A stretch of DNA of 64,000 nt from Candidatus Woesearchaeota archaeon (GTDB lineage: Archaea; Nanobdellota; Nanobdellia; Woesearchaeales; JABGUJ01). The stretch's first letter is position 1. Each line of letters opens with the position of its first letter. The DNA is taken from contig JABGUJ010000002.1 of NCBI GenBank assembly GCA_018646625.1, positions 164,843 through 228,842 on the forward strand, read 5' to 3'. Shown piece after piece: positions 27,393-41,200 of the stretch. The notes beneath the pieces are model-generated. The model did no database searches, was not told where the DNA came from, and saw nothing but the letters and a program-made list of their open reading frames with translations. A program made the position numbers and the translations under genes.

Positions 27393-29285
27393 ATGGCAGA
27401 TATATTAAAAGAAATACTTAAAGAATTACCATCAGATAACATAAGTGATGCGGCTTATGAAGGCGCAAACATTGTATTGTATACAAAGAAAAAAGACTTT
27501 TTCTTTTCGCCAGGCGACATAATTAAGGGGCTAGTTGATAAATATAAGAAGAGAGTAGAACTTAGACCAGATCCTGCCATTACGCTTAAAGCAGAAGAAA
27601 CTGAAAAAATCATACTGAAATTGTTGCCAAAAGAAGCAAAGGCATCCAATATACTATTCGATCATCAAAGAAGTCAAGTTATTATTGAAGCAGAGAAGCC
27701 AGGCCTTGCAATTGGTAAACAAGGAAGTATTCTAAGAGAGATTAGAGAGAAAACACTATGGATTCCTACTATTAGAAGAATGCCTGCAATAAGAAGTCAA
27801 CTTATCGAAAGCATAAGGAATGTGTTGTATGATAATTCTAATGAAAGAAGACGATTCTTGAATAAAGTCGGACATAGAGTCTACGACGGTTGGCTGAGAG
27901 GCAAAAAAAACGAATGGGTGAGAATAACTTATCTAGGCGGTGGAAGAAGTGTTGGTAAAAGTTGCATACTACTCCAAACTCCAGAATCCAGAATTCTACT
28001 AGACTGTGGAATTGATATTGCAAATAACGATGATGCATACCCTTTCTTAGAATGTCCCGAGTTTAGGATTAATGAACTGGATGCAGTTATTGTTACGCAC
28101 TCCCACTTAGATCACTGCGGTTGTGTACCGTTGTTGTTTAAGTATGGATACAAAGGACCGATATATTGTACTTCTCCAACAAGAGATGTTATGGCTTTGC
28201 TGCAACTAGACTTTGTTAAGATACAAGTTAATTCAGGTCAAGATCCAATTTATACTAGTACTGAAGTCGAACAAATGGTTAAGCACACAATTACTTTGAA
28301 TTATGAAGAAGTTACCGATATAACTCCAGATGTGAGAATTACACTGTATGATGCAGGCCATATTCTTGGTTCATCTATGATTCATATGCACATAGGTAAT
28401 GGTTTACACAACTTATTGTATTCAGGTGATATGAAGTATGGTAAGACTTTGTTGTTAGATCAAGCACACACTAAGTTCCCCAGACTAGAGACTTTAATGA
28501 TTGAGTCGACTTATGGAGGAAGAGATAACGTTTTGCCGCCTAAGACTGAGAGTGATGAAGGACTAGGACAAATAATGGCCGAGACTGTTAAACGAGGCGG
28601 AAAAGCTTTGGTTCCAGTATTAGGTGTAGGTAGAGCTCAAGAAGTTATGTTAATCATTGACAAACTGATTAAGGATAAGAAAATTGATCGAATTCCAGTT
28701 TATATTGATGGTATGGTGTACGACGTTACTGCAATCCATACAGCATATCCAGAATTTCTAAATAAAAATTTGAGAAAACAAATATTCCATAAAGATCAGA
28801 ATCCATTCTTATCTGATGTATTTAGCAGAGTTGGATCTGCAAAAGAGAGAAGGCAAATAATCGAAGAGAAAGGCGCTTGCGTAATTGTCGCTACATCAGG
28901 TATGCTTGTTGGCGGAGCGTCTGTCGAATATCTAAAAGCTCTTGCAGATAATCCTAAGAATTCTTTAGTATTCGTAAACTATCAAGGAGCTGGTTCTTTA
29001 GGTAGAAGAATCCAAATGGGTGAAAAGGATATTAACATGGGTAATACAGCTAAACCTGACATGATGCATGTTAAAATGGAAATCCATGTTGTAGAAGGAT
29101 TTAGTGGTCACTCAGATAGAAATCAGTTAATGAACTTTGTTGCTAGATGCGAGCCAAGACCTAGAAAAGTTATAGTTAACCACGGCGAGAGTTCGAGATG
29201 TTTAGATCTTGCTAGTTCAATGCATAAACAATACAGAGTTGAGACTGTAGCACCTAGGAACTTAGAAGCAATTAGAATTAGATAG
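27393..29285 (+). CDS. fttA: Beta-CASP ribonuclease aCPSF1 / transcription termination factor FttA
   Basis: KH domains (KPGLAIGKQG), HSHLDH, AGHILGS, ESTYGG, GFSGHSD, NHGE; follows psmB as in the conserved archaeal order. Confidence 0.95.
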   Translation: MADILKEILKELPSDNISDAAYEGANIVLYTKKKDFFFSPGDIIKGLVDKYKKRVELRPDPAITLKAEETEKIILKLLPKEAKASNILFDHQRSQVIIEAEKPGLAIGKQGSILREIREKTLWIPTIRRMPAIRSQLIESIRNVLYDNSNERRRFLNKVGHRVYDGWLRGKKNEWVRITYLGGGRSVGKSCILLQTPESRILLDCGIDIANNDDAYPFLECPEFRINELDAVIVTHSHLDHCGCVPLLFKYGYKGPIYCTSPTRDVMALLQLDFVKIQVNSGQDPIYTSTEVEQMVKHTITLNYEEVTDITPDVRITLYDAGHILGSSMIHMHIGNGLHNLLYSGDMKYGKTLLLDQAHTKFPRLETLMIESTYGGRDNVLPPKTESDEGLGQIMAETVKRGGKALVPVLGVGRAQEVMLIIDKLIKDKKIDRIPVYIDGMVYDVTAIHTAYPEFLNKNLRKQIFHKDQNPFLSDVFSRVGSAKERRQIIEEKGACVIVATSGMLVGGASVEYLKALADNPKNSLVFVNYQGAGSLGRRIQMGEKDINMGNTAKPDMMHVKMEIHVVEGFSGHSDRNQLMNFVARCEPRPRKVIVNHGESSRCLDLASSMHKQYRVETVAPRNLEAIRIR

Positions 29286-29286
29286 T

Positions 29287-29757
29287 TTATTTGTGAACTA
29301 TCTCGACGTATTCTGGTGTAAAGTATATTTCTATATCTTTCTTTTTTGAAAATAGTTCTATCTCTTCAGAGTGAGCATCACAAACTTCCCTTATGTCACA
29401 TTTAGAACATACTTTCTTTCGTACTAAGTCCTTCTTATACCAATACTTGCATGGAACCTGGAACAGCCAAGTTAGCTTTCTACCAATATCAGATGATTTA
29501 TCATAAACTTTAGTTTTGAAATGTTCTTCATCAATTAATCTACCAACAGTTTTACACATGTCGCACATGAATGTTTTACCTTTTTCATGGCTTTTGTATA
29601 TCTTTGCAGCTTTTTTACACTTAGGACATTCAATTTCTTCACCGTGCCACTTGTGTTCTTTCATGGTAACATAATCACAATTAGGACAAACTATTGATGC
29701 TTTATCTTCAATACAGTCAAAACCGCATTTGGGACACTTAGGTGTTTTCTCTGTCAT
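29287..29757 (-). CDS. Multi zinc-ribbon hypothetical protein
   Basis: Several CxxC pairs (CPKC, CPNC, CPKC, CDMC, CSKC); ATGA overlap with upstream gene. Confidence 0.7.
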   Translation of the reverse strand: MTEKTPKCPKCGFDCIEDKASIVCPNCDYVTMKEHKWHGEEIECPKCKKAAKIYKSHEKGKTFMCDMCKTVGRLIDEEHFKTKVYDKSSDIGRKLTWLFQVPCKYWYKKDLVRKKVCSKCDIREVCDAHSEEIELFSKKKDIEIYFTPEYVEIVHK

Positions 29758-32249
29758 CTCATTAATCCCTCGTCAATTTCAGCAGCTGTTAAGTATTTAT
29801 TAAATATTCTTAACTCGTCGATTGTCCCATCTAATGGTTTGTCTTCACCATTAACTGAAAGCTTGTTTCCTATTCCTATTTTATTATTAAGAGTGAACCC
29901 CGGATTAACAATCTCTTGTTCTTTGGCAACTTGGTTGTCTACCACCAAACTCATCATGTCTGCTAGAACATCCCATCTGAATACAACCAATTTAAATTCT
30001 GTTGTCCAAGTTGAATCTAATGGATATTCAAGCAAATTGTCTTTCAGTTGTATGTGTAGCTTCGAGTCTTCTACGAATATTTTAAGATCTCCTCTGTCAG
30101 AGAAGATGTAATGTATTCCAGAAAGATCATTGAATTTTACCCAAAATGAGACCGTACCGATCATTCTGGTTAGCACATCATGCGGAAAACTGTCTTTAAC
30201 TAAATACGCATCTCCAGTTATTGTTGCCCCGTTCACAACTTTAGCAGGATTGTATGATATGGTGTTGGCACCTAAAGGCACCAGATCGATGTCGTTTCCG
30301 TCATAGATACAAACTTCATCCTGATCAAATGAACAATATAGTACTTCCCCATCTAAACTACCCATAAAGAGATCATCCCCGACGAAAAATGAAGGAAATA
30401 CTTGTCCCGTTAAGCTCACATAAGGGTTAATTGTCGGATTGGATAATTCAGCAATACTATATTTTATAACTTCAATTCCTGATGAAACTAAATCAGATTC
30501 GCTAATTTGGTTAACGTTACCCACCAAGTAAACTCTGTACAGATTGTTAGCAGGATCTAAAACAGAATCATAATTACCAGTCCACACACTTGCATCAATA
30601 TATAATACAGGAGCATTAATGAACGAACCATATAGTGCAGCCAAGAGTTGTAGCTGTTCGGTGTCTTGATCTCCGTTCGCATCTCGCTCGACAATAACAA
30701 CTTCTTCGAATGTTTCCCAATAATTCACAATATTACTATAAGTTACAGGTGTAGGAGCTATGTGTCCATAAATGGGATCATCCTGCACAACAGTTGGCAC
30801 CCCTTTAGAATGGGTGAACCAATATAAAAGATTAGAGCCATGTTTACTCATCATTTCGTCAAGATGCCAGTCGACAATATTTGCACTAAATCCAAAATAT
30901 GCATAGTAATTATATTTCCTCATTTCTGTCTGAGTATAATCATTCCAAGTTGCAATAGGAATCAGAGTTAACAAATCTGGAAGTTGTTCATTTTTGTAAA
31001 TCATAAATACAGGATCTTCGGAATATTTCGTTTCGTCTTTAATATTAGGAGATCTTACACTTACTTCGACTGTTGATTCATCTGAAACGCCCTCATCATT
31101 AGTTACTGTTAGCGTTACAGGATATAATCCAGGCATGGAGTAGCTATATGTAAATTGATCTAGGTCTTTTGTTTCGCCATCACCTAAAGTCCAGACATAG
31201 TCTAAGTCATCATCTTTCGCGTCATAACTCTGCGAACCGTTAAAAACAATAAATTCCGAATGTTTGTACAAATCTTCATTTAATGGAGAAGAAATTATTG
31301 CGGTTGGCCTTCCAGGCAAAAACACAGCATACTTACCAAATTCAGCGATAGTTGACTCCGGTGTCGCCAGATTGATCTTTTTGTCAATGTCGGTTGCCAG
31401 AGGTAACCATTTATCTTGAGAAGTATCAAAATGTTTTAGTATTAACGATTTTTCGTCAACCCCCTTAGGTACAAGAGCTTCTTTGAATTTAAGTTTAAAA
31501 TTCAGATCTCCTACTAATAACAAAGTATCTTCAGGGGTTATTCGGTGCACTTCGCTAGCCAGATCAGGAGATGATGATTTGGTGGCCTCCAGACATACGT
31601 TAGCTTTTTTAGCATTTTGTGGAAATTGCAGTCTTGTCCCCTCAGGTATTTGTAGAGAAGCAGAACCAGTCTCAAGATAAGTATAATCTTTCGTCGCACC
31701 ATTACTATCTAATTGAACATCTTTACAACTTCTGAATACTGTATTAATTTGAGTACAAGTTCCTTTACCCTCTACGTTAAGAGCAAGTTTTTTTGTCTTA
31801 GGTATTTCATAACAGTCAAAATAAGGATAGTCTTGGTAACAAAAATCACCAACAAACATTGAATTTAAGAATTCTCCATCTTCGTAAAGAAATACATTTT
31901 TTTGTACATTTGCAAGTAAACTATTCTTAATAATAGGATAACCTTCTATCACAGGGCTATCTAAAATATCTAGTCTGTGAAATAAGTCTAGAATACATAC
32001 TTCGTTAACATTCTCTTGTATAGTTAGTTCTTCGTTTCTTGCAGAAGCATAATCGTCAGTCATTGTATCAGTAATTGCCCTCATGTCGGAAGAAAACTTA
32101 ACAACATCAATTGAAATCCCACTCGTTCTAATTGATTTTAACGAAGTTAATGCAAAATAAAGAAGAATTATAATTACAAACGCAGCTATTAGAAATCTAA
32201 CTAGCTTTTTGGCCTCAACATTTGCATTTTTGTTTCTGAAAACATTCAT
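29754..32249 (-). CDS. Membrane-anchored surface protein with PKD and C-terminal LamG/ConA-like domains
   Basis: N-terminal TM; FNGSQSYD..YVWTLGDG..PGLYPVTLTVTNDEG (PKD); GTVSFWVK..LDGTIDELRIFNKYLT (LamG). Confidence 0.8.
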   Translation of the reverse strand: MNVFRNKNANVEAKKLVRFLIAAFVIIILLYFALTSLKSIRTSGISIDVVKFSSDMRAITDTMTDDYASARNEELTIQENVNEVCILDLFHRLDILDSPVIEGYPIIKNSLLANVQKNVFLYEDGEFLNSMFVGDFCYQDYPYFDCYEIPKTKKLALNVEGKGTCTQINTVFRSCKDVQLDSNGATKDYTYLETGSASLQIPEGTRLQFPQNAKKANVCLEATKSSSPDLASEVHRITPEDTLLLVGDLNFKLKFKEALVPKGVDEKSLILKHFDTSQDKWLPLATDIDKKINLATPESTIAEFGKYAVFLPGRPTAIISSPLNEDLYKHSEFIVFNGSQSYDAKDDDLDYVWTLGDGETKDLDQFTYSYSMPGLYPVTLTVTNDEGVSDESTVEVSVRSPNIKDETKYSEDPVFMIYKNEQLPDLLTLIPIATWNDYTQTEMRKYNYYAYFGFSANIVDWHLDEMMSKHGSNLLYWFTHSKGVPTVVQDDPIYGHIAPTPVTYSNIVNYWETFEEVVIVERDANGDQDTEQLQLLAALYGSFINAPVLYIDASVWTGNYDSVLDPANNLYRVYLVGNVNQISESDLVSSGIEVIKYSIAELSNPTINPYVSLTGQVFPSFFVGDDLFMGSLDGEVLYCSFDQDEVCIYDGNDIDLVPLGANTISYNPAKVVNGATITGDAYLVKDSFPHDVLTRMIGTVSFWVKFNDLSGIHYIFSDRGDLKIFVEDSKLHIQLKDNLLEYPLDSTWTTEFKLVVFRWDVLADMMSLVVDNQVAKEQEIVNPGFTLNNKIGIGNKLSVNGEDKPLDGTIDELRIFNKYLTAAEIDEGLMR

Positions 32250-32256
32250 TCTACTC

Positions 32257-35200
32257 TTAATCGTCTCTTGTTAGGCTGATGTAGTTAACTAAATCATCAC
32301 CAGTATCTGCAACAAACCAATTACCTTGTACACAAGTACTTGGCATGCCTGACGTTAGAAGTGTGATTATATCAGTTTCACCATCTTGCCAAGTATCTTT
32401 GTTACCGTCATCACCACAACATTTCTTATAGTTTCCAAACGATGTGTCGTCTCTCCAACAACCAGTATCGCCCATATTATTACAAGGGTTAGCTAGCAGT
32501 ACACCACCTTCACTGATTATCCTACAAACTCCTTCAGCATAATCCGCATCGTTTATGTATTCAGCATCCACACAACCTCGCGGATTATCTTGATCTGTTA
32601 TGTACCATGTTTCGGATTCATCATCACCGCAACAAGGCGCGTTATCATGACTAGAACCGTCTATCCAGCAATATGAATCGTATAAATCTTCACAATTTCC
32701 AATATTAATTCCTTGATTAGTACAATATTCGAATGAGTTGTCTCTATCCATCCCAGTTTCATTAATTACACAAGCATACTTCCATTCAGACTTAGACTTA
32801 CCTGGATTGTCAAGCCAGATTGTCTCACCAGCACATTCTTCTTCTGATTGACAAACCTTTCCTGCGTCATCCTCAGCAATAGTCCAGTTTCCAGCAATAG
32901 AATCACAGAAATATACTATGGTTGATTCACTTTGATCTTGACATATTTGATATTCATTATTACATTCGACTTCGTGTTGTTCACAAGGGCTTGCAGCATT
33001 ACAGGTATAAATCTCCCCTTTGTTGCATAATTGTTTTTTATTTGAACTTAAAGCATTATCCCCATCAGGAGTACATTCACCCATACCACCACATGCAACT
33101 GCATTTTCGCAGATCTCATCATCGCAATCAGCAACACCATTGCAATCGTTATCAACACCATCGGTGCAGTTATTGTATTCGGTGGTGCTTAAAGTATAGA
33201 CAAGCGGTATCTTGTTATTAATAGGACAATCGTCACAAGCATCGCCCAGACCATCTTCATCTTGATCTAATTGATCAGTGTTTTGTGTGAGTAAGCAATT
33301 ATCTACATCATCCGCAATCTCATCTTCATCGGAGTCCGTAATACATTCTCCAAAGATAGTACCAACATAATTGCATTTGGAACCACAATATGAACATTCC
33401 GAATCTTCGCATTTGTTCCAAAACCCAGTACCGCATTCTTCACAAGAATTACACATATCATCACAAGCAGGATCTGCAGGGTGTTCTACACCGTCAATCA
33501 TACAGCCCGCAACATCGCAGACACCATCCGCATCGTTATCTAATCCATCGGTGCAAGAGTCTAAATCGTTCTCCACATCACAAACGTCCACAACACCATC
33601 ATTATCTTCATCGTTTAATGTAACATCAATCACAGGATTAATGCAACTATCACAATCATAAACACCATCATGACATTCTTTAACACAGTGATACTGTTCT
33701 ACAAACATTCCATAGTTAGGATCTGAAGAATCAGTCACACAGTATTCCCACAGCTCTTCAGTATTGGTAATCATATCCCAGCTGTCATCAATCTCATAAC
33801 AATATTTGTGCATATCATCTAAATCAATATAGTATGCATCTGTCGGGTCACCTAACTTATAAAAGTCATAATCTCCTTTAGTATTATCGGTTGGCCAGCA
33901 ATCAGAAACATCTGGACTTCCATCGCCATCATAATCAGTTAGAACAGTTTCATCCACTTGACCATTGCAATCGTTATCAACACCATCACCTAATCCACAA
34001 TCAGGCAATTCTTGAGAGCAAGCTAAATCTTCGTAATTAGTATAGCCCATATCAAAAGCAACAGGATCGTGTGTTTTTTGACAGTCGCAACCATCTTCAT
34101 AGTTATTATTTGAATCAAAATAACCATTAAAGCAACTACAATCTATTGTGTAATCAATATCGCAATCAATATTACAACTTGCAGAAGCTCCAGATTCAGA
34201 ACAAGTGTTTAAGCAAGCACACATCATGTTTTTCTCATTGAATGTGTAGGTAGTTTGTCCGCAAGGTGTTGTGTCGAAGTTATCATCACAAGTCGCTTCA
34301 GGCCAAGTACAATCTGCAGAACAAGTAACGACATCATCACTCACCATACTAGCAAGAGTAAAATCATCGATACAATAATTATTGCATGTTTCTGTTTTAG
34401 TATTACTCTCAGTACACTCAGCACCACACACATCTTTTAAGCAAGTGAATCCTGAGTTACATGAAGATATCGAAGTACATGTCTGTTCTGTTGCTCCAAC
34501 CCTGGATCTTAATGAGTCATCTCCTTCGCAAAGTTCGCAAACCATACAACCCGGATCGTTCGCACAATTGCCTAGCGGATTCTGACTACAGCAATCTCCG
34601 CCGCCAACAGTGAGAGTTTGTACATATATCGGGGTTCCTGGCACCTCCGTGGCCATTGTTTCATCTATATAACAAGCAACTGCAGTACTTCCAGCATCCC
34701 CTGAGTTACATTCAAATTTCTTTCTATATTCTCCAGAGTGTTCAATCCAACCAACGAAAGTACATCCAAGATCATCTGCAATCTCTATACTATCCAGGTT
34801 TGGCGCGTTTGCAGTACAGTATACTTCAATAGTTTCACCAGGGCAAGGATTCAATTTAGATACTTCAATTCCAGATAAAGATACTTCACAATCTTCATCA
34901 TTAGGCAACGTGTTTAGACCTTCATAATCTAAAGTACCATCACAATCATTATCTAAACCATCATCACATATAGTCTCGGCAGGCAGTAGTCCGGTACAGT
35001 CTTCCCAACCTTGTGCACCTAAGCAAGTCTTTTCTTCTCCTTGACATTCTCCTTGTTGATTATCACAAAGTTCCATCTCCATATTATAATCATCAGAGTC
35101 TATTCCATCCTTGCAATTATTATCAATACCATCACATACTTCTGCAGCATCAAGATTAATCTGCGCATTAGAATCATCACAATCACCTGCAATAGTAACT

Positions 35201-38200
35201 TGCCCTGCTGCGCATGCACCCGCACAAGAAGATTGAGCAGTATTTATGTTTCCAAACTCATCACCATCGGAATCAGTGTAGCAAGTCATGGTTGCAAGAT
35301 TCTCATCAACATCACCATCACAATCATTATCTAAACCATCACATATTTCAGAATCAGAAGGACTTATCTCCGCATCAGAATCATCACAATCCCCATCTTG
35401 AGTAACATATCCAACATCGCAGAAATCATAACAAACTTGAGTTAATGTGCTTCCGTAACCGTCATTATCAGAGTCTAAATAACAGTCCAGTAAAGGAAGA
35501 TTCTCGTCTTTCTCACCATCACAATCATTATCATCATCGTCACACACTTCAACAGGTTCAGGACCACACTGATCACAAGCATTCCTTAGCGCATATTCGA
35601 TCGATCCAATTTCATCAAATAAACCATCACAATCTTCATCCCCGCCGCCACAGGCTTCGACAGGCGTATCGCCACAACCGCCGCAAGCATTGGTTAATGC
35701 ATATTCGATCGATCCTATTTCATCAACTAAATCGTTACAATTATCGTCTAAAGAATTACAAGTTTCTTGTGCGCCTGGATAAACTAAATCGTTATCGTCA
35801 TTGCAATCCAGATCACCGCACTCACCACCTTGAATGCTGTAACCATCATTATCATTATCAGTACAGATCAAACAAGTTTCGTTAAGTGTTGGGTCATTAT
35901 CATCACAATCGTAAATTACAGGATCATAATTTCCATTTAAACAGTTGGCAGGATTTTGCCAAGGTTCACAAACAATACACTTTTCATAATCTTTCCCACC
36001 CATATTTTCGTTGCAGTAACCATCACCATCTAAGTCGTATGCGCAATGCGCACCAGCGTCTGTTGGTACACAACCAAGATTACAAGGTAAAACCGAAAAA
36101 GAACCTGGAGCGTATGGACCATATCCCGGGGAGCCATCAGGATAGTATATATGATTCCCGCATTTTGCTTCATTTATACTATTAGAGCTAAAACAATTAT
36201 CAGTAAATTCTTTAATAACGCCCGCAGAATTCACAAATCTGCTTATCGATGGAATCATTTTAAATGTTGTCCCATGAAGTGAATATTCATTAGCATAGTA
36301 TTCTTCTAAGTTATTTAATTCGCTACATGCGCAATATCTCACCTTATCAGTTCCAACAAATATTGTATCAACTAAGTCATCGCAATCCTCATCAACTCCA
36401 TTACACTCAGTTAACTCAGAAACTCCCGGATTCACATTAAAATTATCATCATCACAATCAATATCACCACAGTCTCCACCTTCTATACTGTAGCCATCAC
36501 CATCATTATCAGTACAAACTAGACAGTTTTCATTAACTGTTGGATCGTTATCGTCACAATCATAAACGGGCGTACCGTAGTCCTCATTAGCACAATCTGG
36601 ATCGTCATCAGGAGTACAAAGTAGACAACGTTCATAATCAGTTATTGTTGTGGATGATGATAAAAATGAATTACAGTAACCATCCCCATCTACATCATAA
36701 ACACAATGAGCGCCTTCGCTTGTTGTAACACACCCAAAAGGACAAGGTCTAGAATGTAATGTAGCTGCATCCTGAGGACCATAACCTGGAATTCCTTCAC
36801 CAAAAAACAGATTGTTATTGCAAATCGATTCATAAAAGTTTTCGTCGCTACAAAGATCCGCATATTGCTGTGGCACACCATAATGATTGTTGAACAAAGC
36901 CTTAGACGGAATATAACTTAAAGATACGCCACCATCAGAGTATTTAATCGGTGAATTTTCTTCAATAGAATTAGACTCACTACATGCGCAATATCTTACA
37001 AAGTAAGAACCAACTATGATTTCATCTATGAGGGTATCGCAATTTTCATCTACACCATTGCAGACTTCCTGCGCACCAGGATAAATGTCAGGATTATTAT
37101 CATTACAATCAATAGTACCACAGTCTCCGCCTTCGATACTGTAGCCATCATCATCAATATCCGTACAACTTAAACAATTTTCATCAACTTCCCCATTACA
37201 ATTATCATCTATATCATTAGAGCAAATCTCAGTCATTCCTTGGTTGACATTAGCATCTTCATCATTGCAATCATAAACAGGAGTTCCATATTCGCCATTC
37301 TCACAATCAGGATCTTCATCAGGCGTACAAAGCAAACATCTTTCGTAGTCTGTAGTTACTGATGAACTAGCAAGGTGTAAATTACAATAACCATCATCAT
37401 CTATATCATATTCACAATAGGCACTCTCATCTGTTGGTACACAACCAAGATAGCATGAGTTGTAAAGCCCGAGTGGCTCGCTACTAGTTGGAACCCCAGT
37501 CCCATATCCTGGAGTGCCGTCATTGAAGTAAGGCTCATTTTTACATGCTGCTTCAAGAATGGCAGTAGGGCTAGTACACACATCTTCTTTTTGTTTCGAC
37601 ACACCGAGGGCGTCTTTATACTGAGTGACAGATGGAATATGAATTAAAGAAACAGTATCGTGAGGATTAATGGTAGGGGAATTTTGTTCAATAAGATTAT
37701 CTTCAGTACAATCACAATAGTATAGTTTGAATGGACCAAAACCTACTGAGGACATTTGTTTTGCATCTATAAAACCATCACAATCATCATCGACATCATT
37801 ACAAGATTCTTGTGCACCTGGATAAACGTTAGGATTGTCATCATCGCAATCTACTTCCCCGCATTCGCCACCTTGAATACTGTATTCATCTAAATCAACA
37901 TCAGTACAAACTAAACATCCTTCATCTACTTCACCATTACAGTTATCATCTATTTCATTAGCGCAAACTTCTACCGCATCAGGATTAATATTGGAATTAG
38001 AATCATCACAATCATAAACAGGAGTTCCGTAATCTTCATTCTCGCAATCAGGATTTTCGTTCGGTGTACAAAGTAAACAACGCTCATAATCGTTCATGTT
38101 CTGTGAGGTGGAGAGTAAATTGTTGCAGAACCCATCTCCATCCTGATCATAAATACAATGTGCACCTTCACTCGTTGTATCACAACCAAGAGGACAAATC

Positions 38201-41200
38201 ATAGAAATTAATTTAGATGCACTTCCTGGGCCGTATCCAGGGATGCCAGCACCATAGAACAAAGCATTGTTACATGTTGCCTCGTAAAGAATATTAGCAT
38301 AGCATGAATCTGGACTTTCATACCAGTTTCCTGCGTGGCCTTTGTATTTGACTTTTGAAGGTATATAGTTGAGCAGGACACCGCCATCCGTAGGATCTTT
38401 TTCTGGCGAATCTTCTTCTAGAATGTTAGATTCAATGCAGGCACAGTATCTGACAATGTAGGAGCCAATAAACATTTCATCTATGAGAGTATCGCAATTT
38501 TCATCTACACCATTGCAGACTTCCTGTGCGCCTGGATAAATGTTAGGATTATTATCATCGCAATCTTTGGCACCACAGTCACCACCATATGTGCTGTAGC
38601 CATCGACATCATTATCTACACAAGGAGAACAAGCGCCATCTACGCATTGATAATCTTGCACGCAGTGATTGTCAGTAACACAAGAATTCCTGCATTCAGC
38701 GGTGTTCAATCTCACATAAGGATCACAAGATTGACATGCAATATCGTCATCGCAAATAGTATTAGAAGTCATTGTGCAACTAGCTCCGCTTTGAGCATTA
38801 TTTGGTTCACAGGTCATGTCACCATAGTAGCAGATACCTCCATCAACATATCCGTTGCCGCGAATTGATACGCCAGTAGCTGAACTTGCTTCGCCGTCAG
38901 TGCAAGTCCCTTGTCCAGAGTAACATATATCAGAGATAAATGTGTTAAGAGGAGATGCAGCGTGATAGCCATCCTGATATATATAGTGAATATCTTCATA
39001 GTAACAACGCCTAGTGCTTGTATCTTTGCACCCAGTATAAGAGTAATAGCAGTTGTTTGCTGCAAAATAATGTCCAGGACATAGTCCAGTTTTACTAATT
39101 GTTAGGACACTGTAACCAGGAGGTGTTGATGTCGAGCAGCCAGCACAGTCAGAATCAACAATGTCTATATCACCATCACAATCATTGTCAAGTCCATCAT
39201 CACAAAAAGTTTCAGAAGCAGTACAAGGACTACATTCGTTATCTATACAGTTATTGTCTGTAATACAATGACTGTCTTGAGTGCAAGAAGTTCTGCAAAT
39301 ATTACCGTTGCAATTATATGCACCGCATGATGTTGTTGTCTGAGAAGTGCACGCACCACCTGAACAAGTAGATTGAGTCTTAGCTTCATAAACATTTCCT
39401 GAAATAATTCCGCATGTAGCTGGAGGACAACTAGTTCCCCCTATTTGTGTTGAACAGTATCCTGAACCGTCACATGCTTTCCCTGTGTAAACTAATCCGT
39501 TTCTACAGAATGGTTCATCAATACAAATTGTTCCTGCAGCGACGTTATAAGAAGGAGGACTGCACTTGCCAACCGATCCCGAAGTACATGATCCAAACTT
39601 AGTTCTGCACCCTTCATTTTCAATTATTTTTTCACAAGAAACTTGCGATTGCCAAACTCCTGAAGTGCATGACTTGTAATACTCATCGTTATAACATTTC
39701 TCATAACCGTTTGAAAACTCATTACCGGATGAATCATATATACATTTATTTTGAGAGTGGCATCGTTTTGTTCCAAAAAAATCAAGATCACATTGATTAC
39801 TTTTACAATCCGAATCTGTTGTACAAACTTCTCCGTTTGTTAATTTACAGTCTATATCATTAGCATCCATATACCCATCACAATCGTTGTCCACCCCATC
39901 GGAACATAAACCAGATTCGAATTCTTTACATGAAACACATTCTCCGCTTAAACAAAAATAGCTACTATCTGCACAATCAGCATTTGATGAACAAGTTGTT
40001 TTACAAGTATAACTTGCACAAGCATATGCGCCACAATCATCATTGGAACAACAATTTGATGATGCAGAACCTACACAACCAGAACCGCAGCAAATGCCAT
40101 CTGCATTTAGTGATGATGCGGAGAGATAGTCGTTAGGATTTACATCTTTGTCACAAGAATCTCCATCAACACAAAGGGAACAATCGTTACGATAAACCCC
40201 CAAATCGTCTTCGCAAACTTCGTTAGGATCACAATTTATTTGAGTATAACTTGAAGGTAAAACTGCTCTAGATACCGTAACCGAACATATTCCTGTTGGA
40301 GAAAATCCAGGGTGTGCATCATTATCGCATAGCCTTAGTTCATCACCTGCATGATTTCGAGTATAACAATCAGCCATGTATTTACCAATGCTTCCAACCG
40401 CAACTTCTTCTTTGTCACAGTGATCAATATTAGAGTCGAGTTCCCCTATTGAACACATTCCACTGTATGGATGTGTATAAGAGTAATAATTATCACTACA
40501 TCTCGCTCCATTTGTATCAGAAGATGCCAAAACATCACAATGTTCTTTGCATAATCCTTCTACACAAAAATTTGCGTCATTACAATCATTTTTATCAGTA
40601 CAAGTTTCAGGAACACAATCATTGTTTGAGCACATTTCATTATCTTGACATTGCCAGTCAGCAGTACAATCAACCCATTTTCCATCAGTCATACATTCTT
40701 CTTTATCTCCATCACCATCAATATCATGGTGACAGTTTTCATTGTAGTTGCAACTAAATTTAAGACAGGCATTATTATTGTCATTACAATCAGTCATAAT
40801 GCCATCAAGTCCTGGATCATATATACACATTCCAAGGGTTATTGATTGCTGCTCGTTGTTATAAGTCGTTATTGGACTTTCAGCAAGACATATGTCCCGT
40901 CCTGTGGCTTCAGTACTACTACATATTGCCCCGTCATTGGTATCACATGCACCTGAGGAAACAAGATTATTCTCAAACTGAGAATCAAAAAAACAATTAC
41001 CTGGAGCAATACCATAAAACGGCTCACAATTACTATCTCCATTGCAGTCAGTATAGCCAGATTTTCGTATATACTTACATTGAAAATTATCACAATAAGT
41101 GTAGCAATTATTGCTGTTACAAGGATCCTGTCCAACCACCGCACCGGCAAGATCACACTCATCGTTTGAACAACATTCAGCTTCGTTGGAAGGTGTTGAA

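Noticed and set aside
26667..29285. psmB-aCPSF1 linkage (likewise rpl21e-rpo4-DUF655 and sepF-ZPR1)
   Set aside because: Well-known conserved archaeal gene orders
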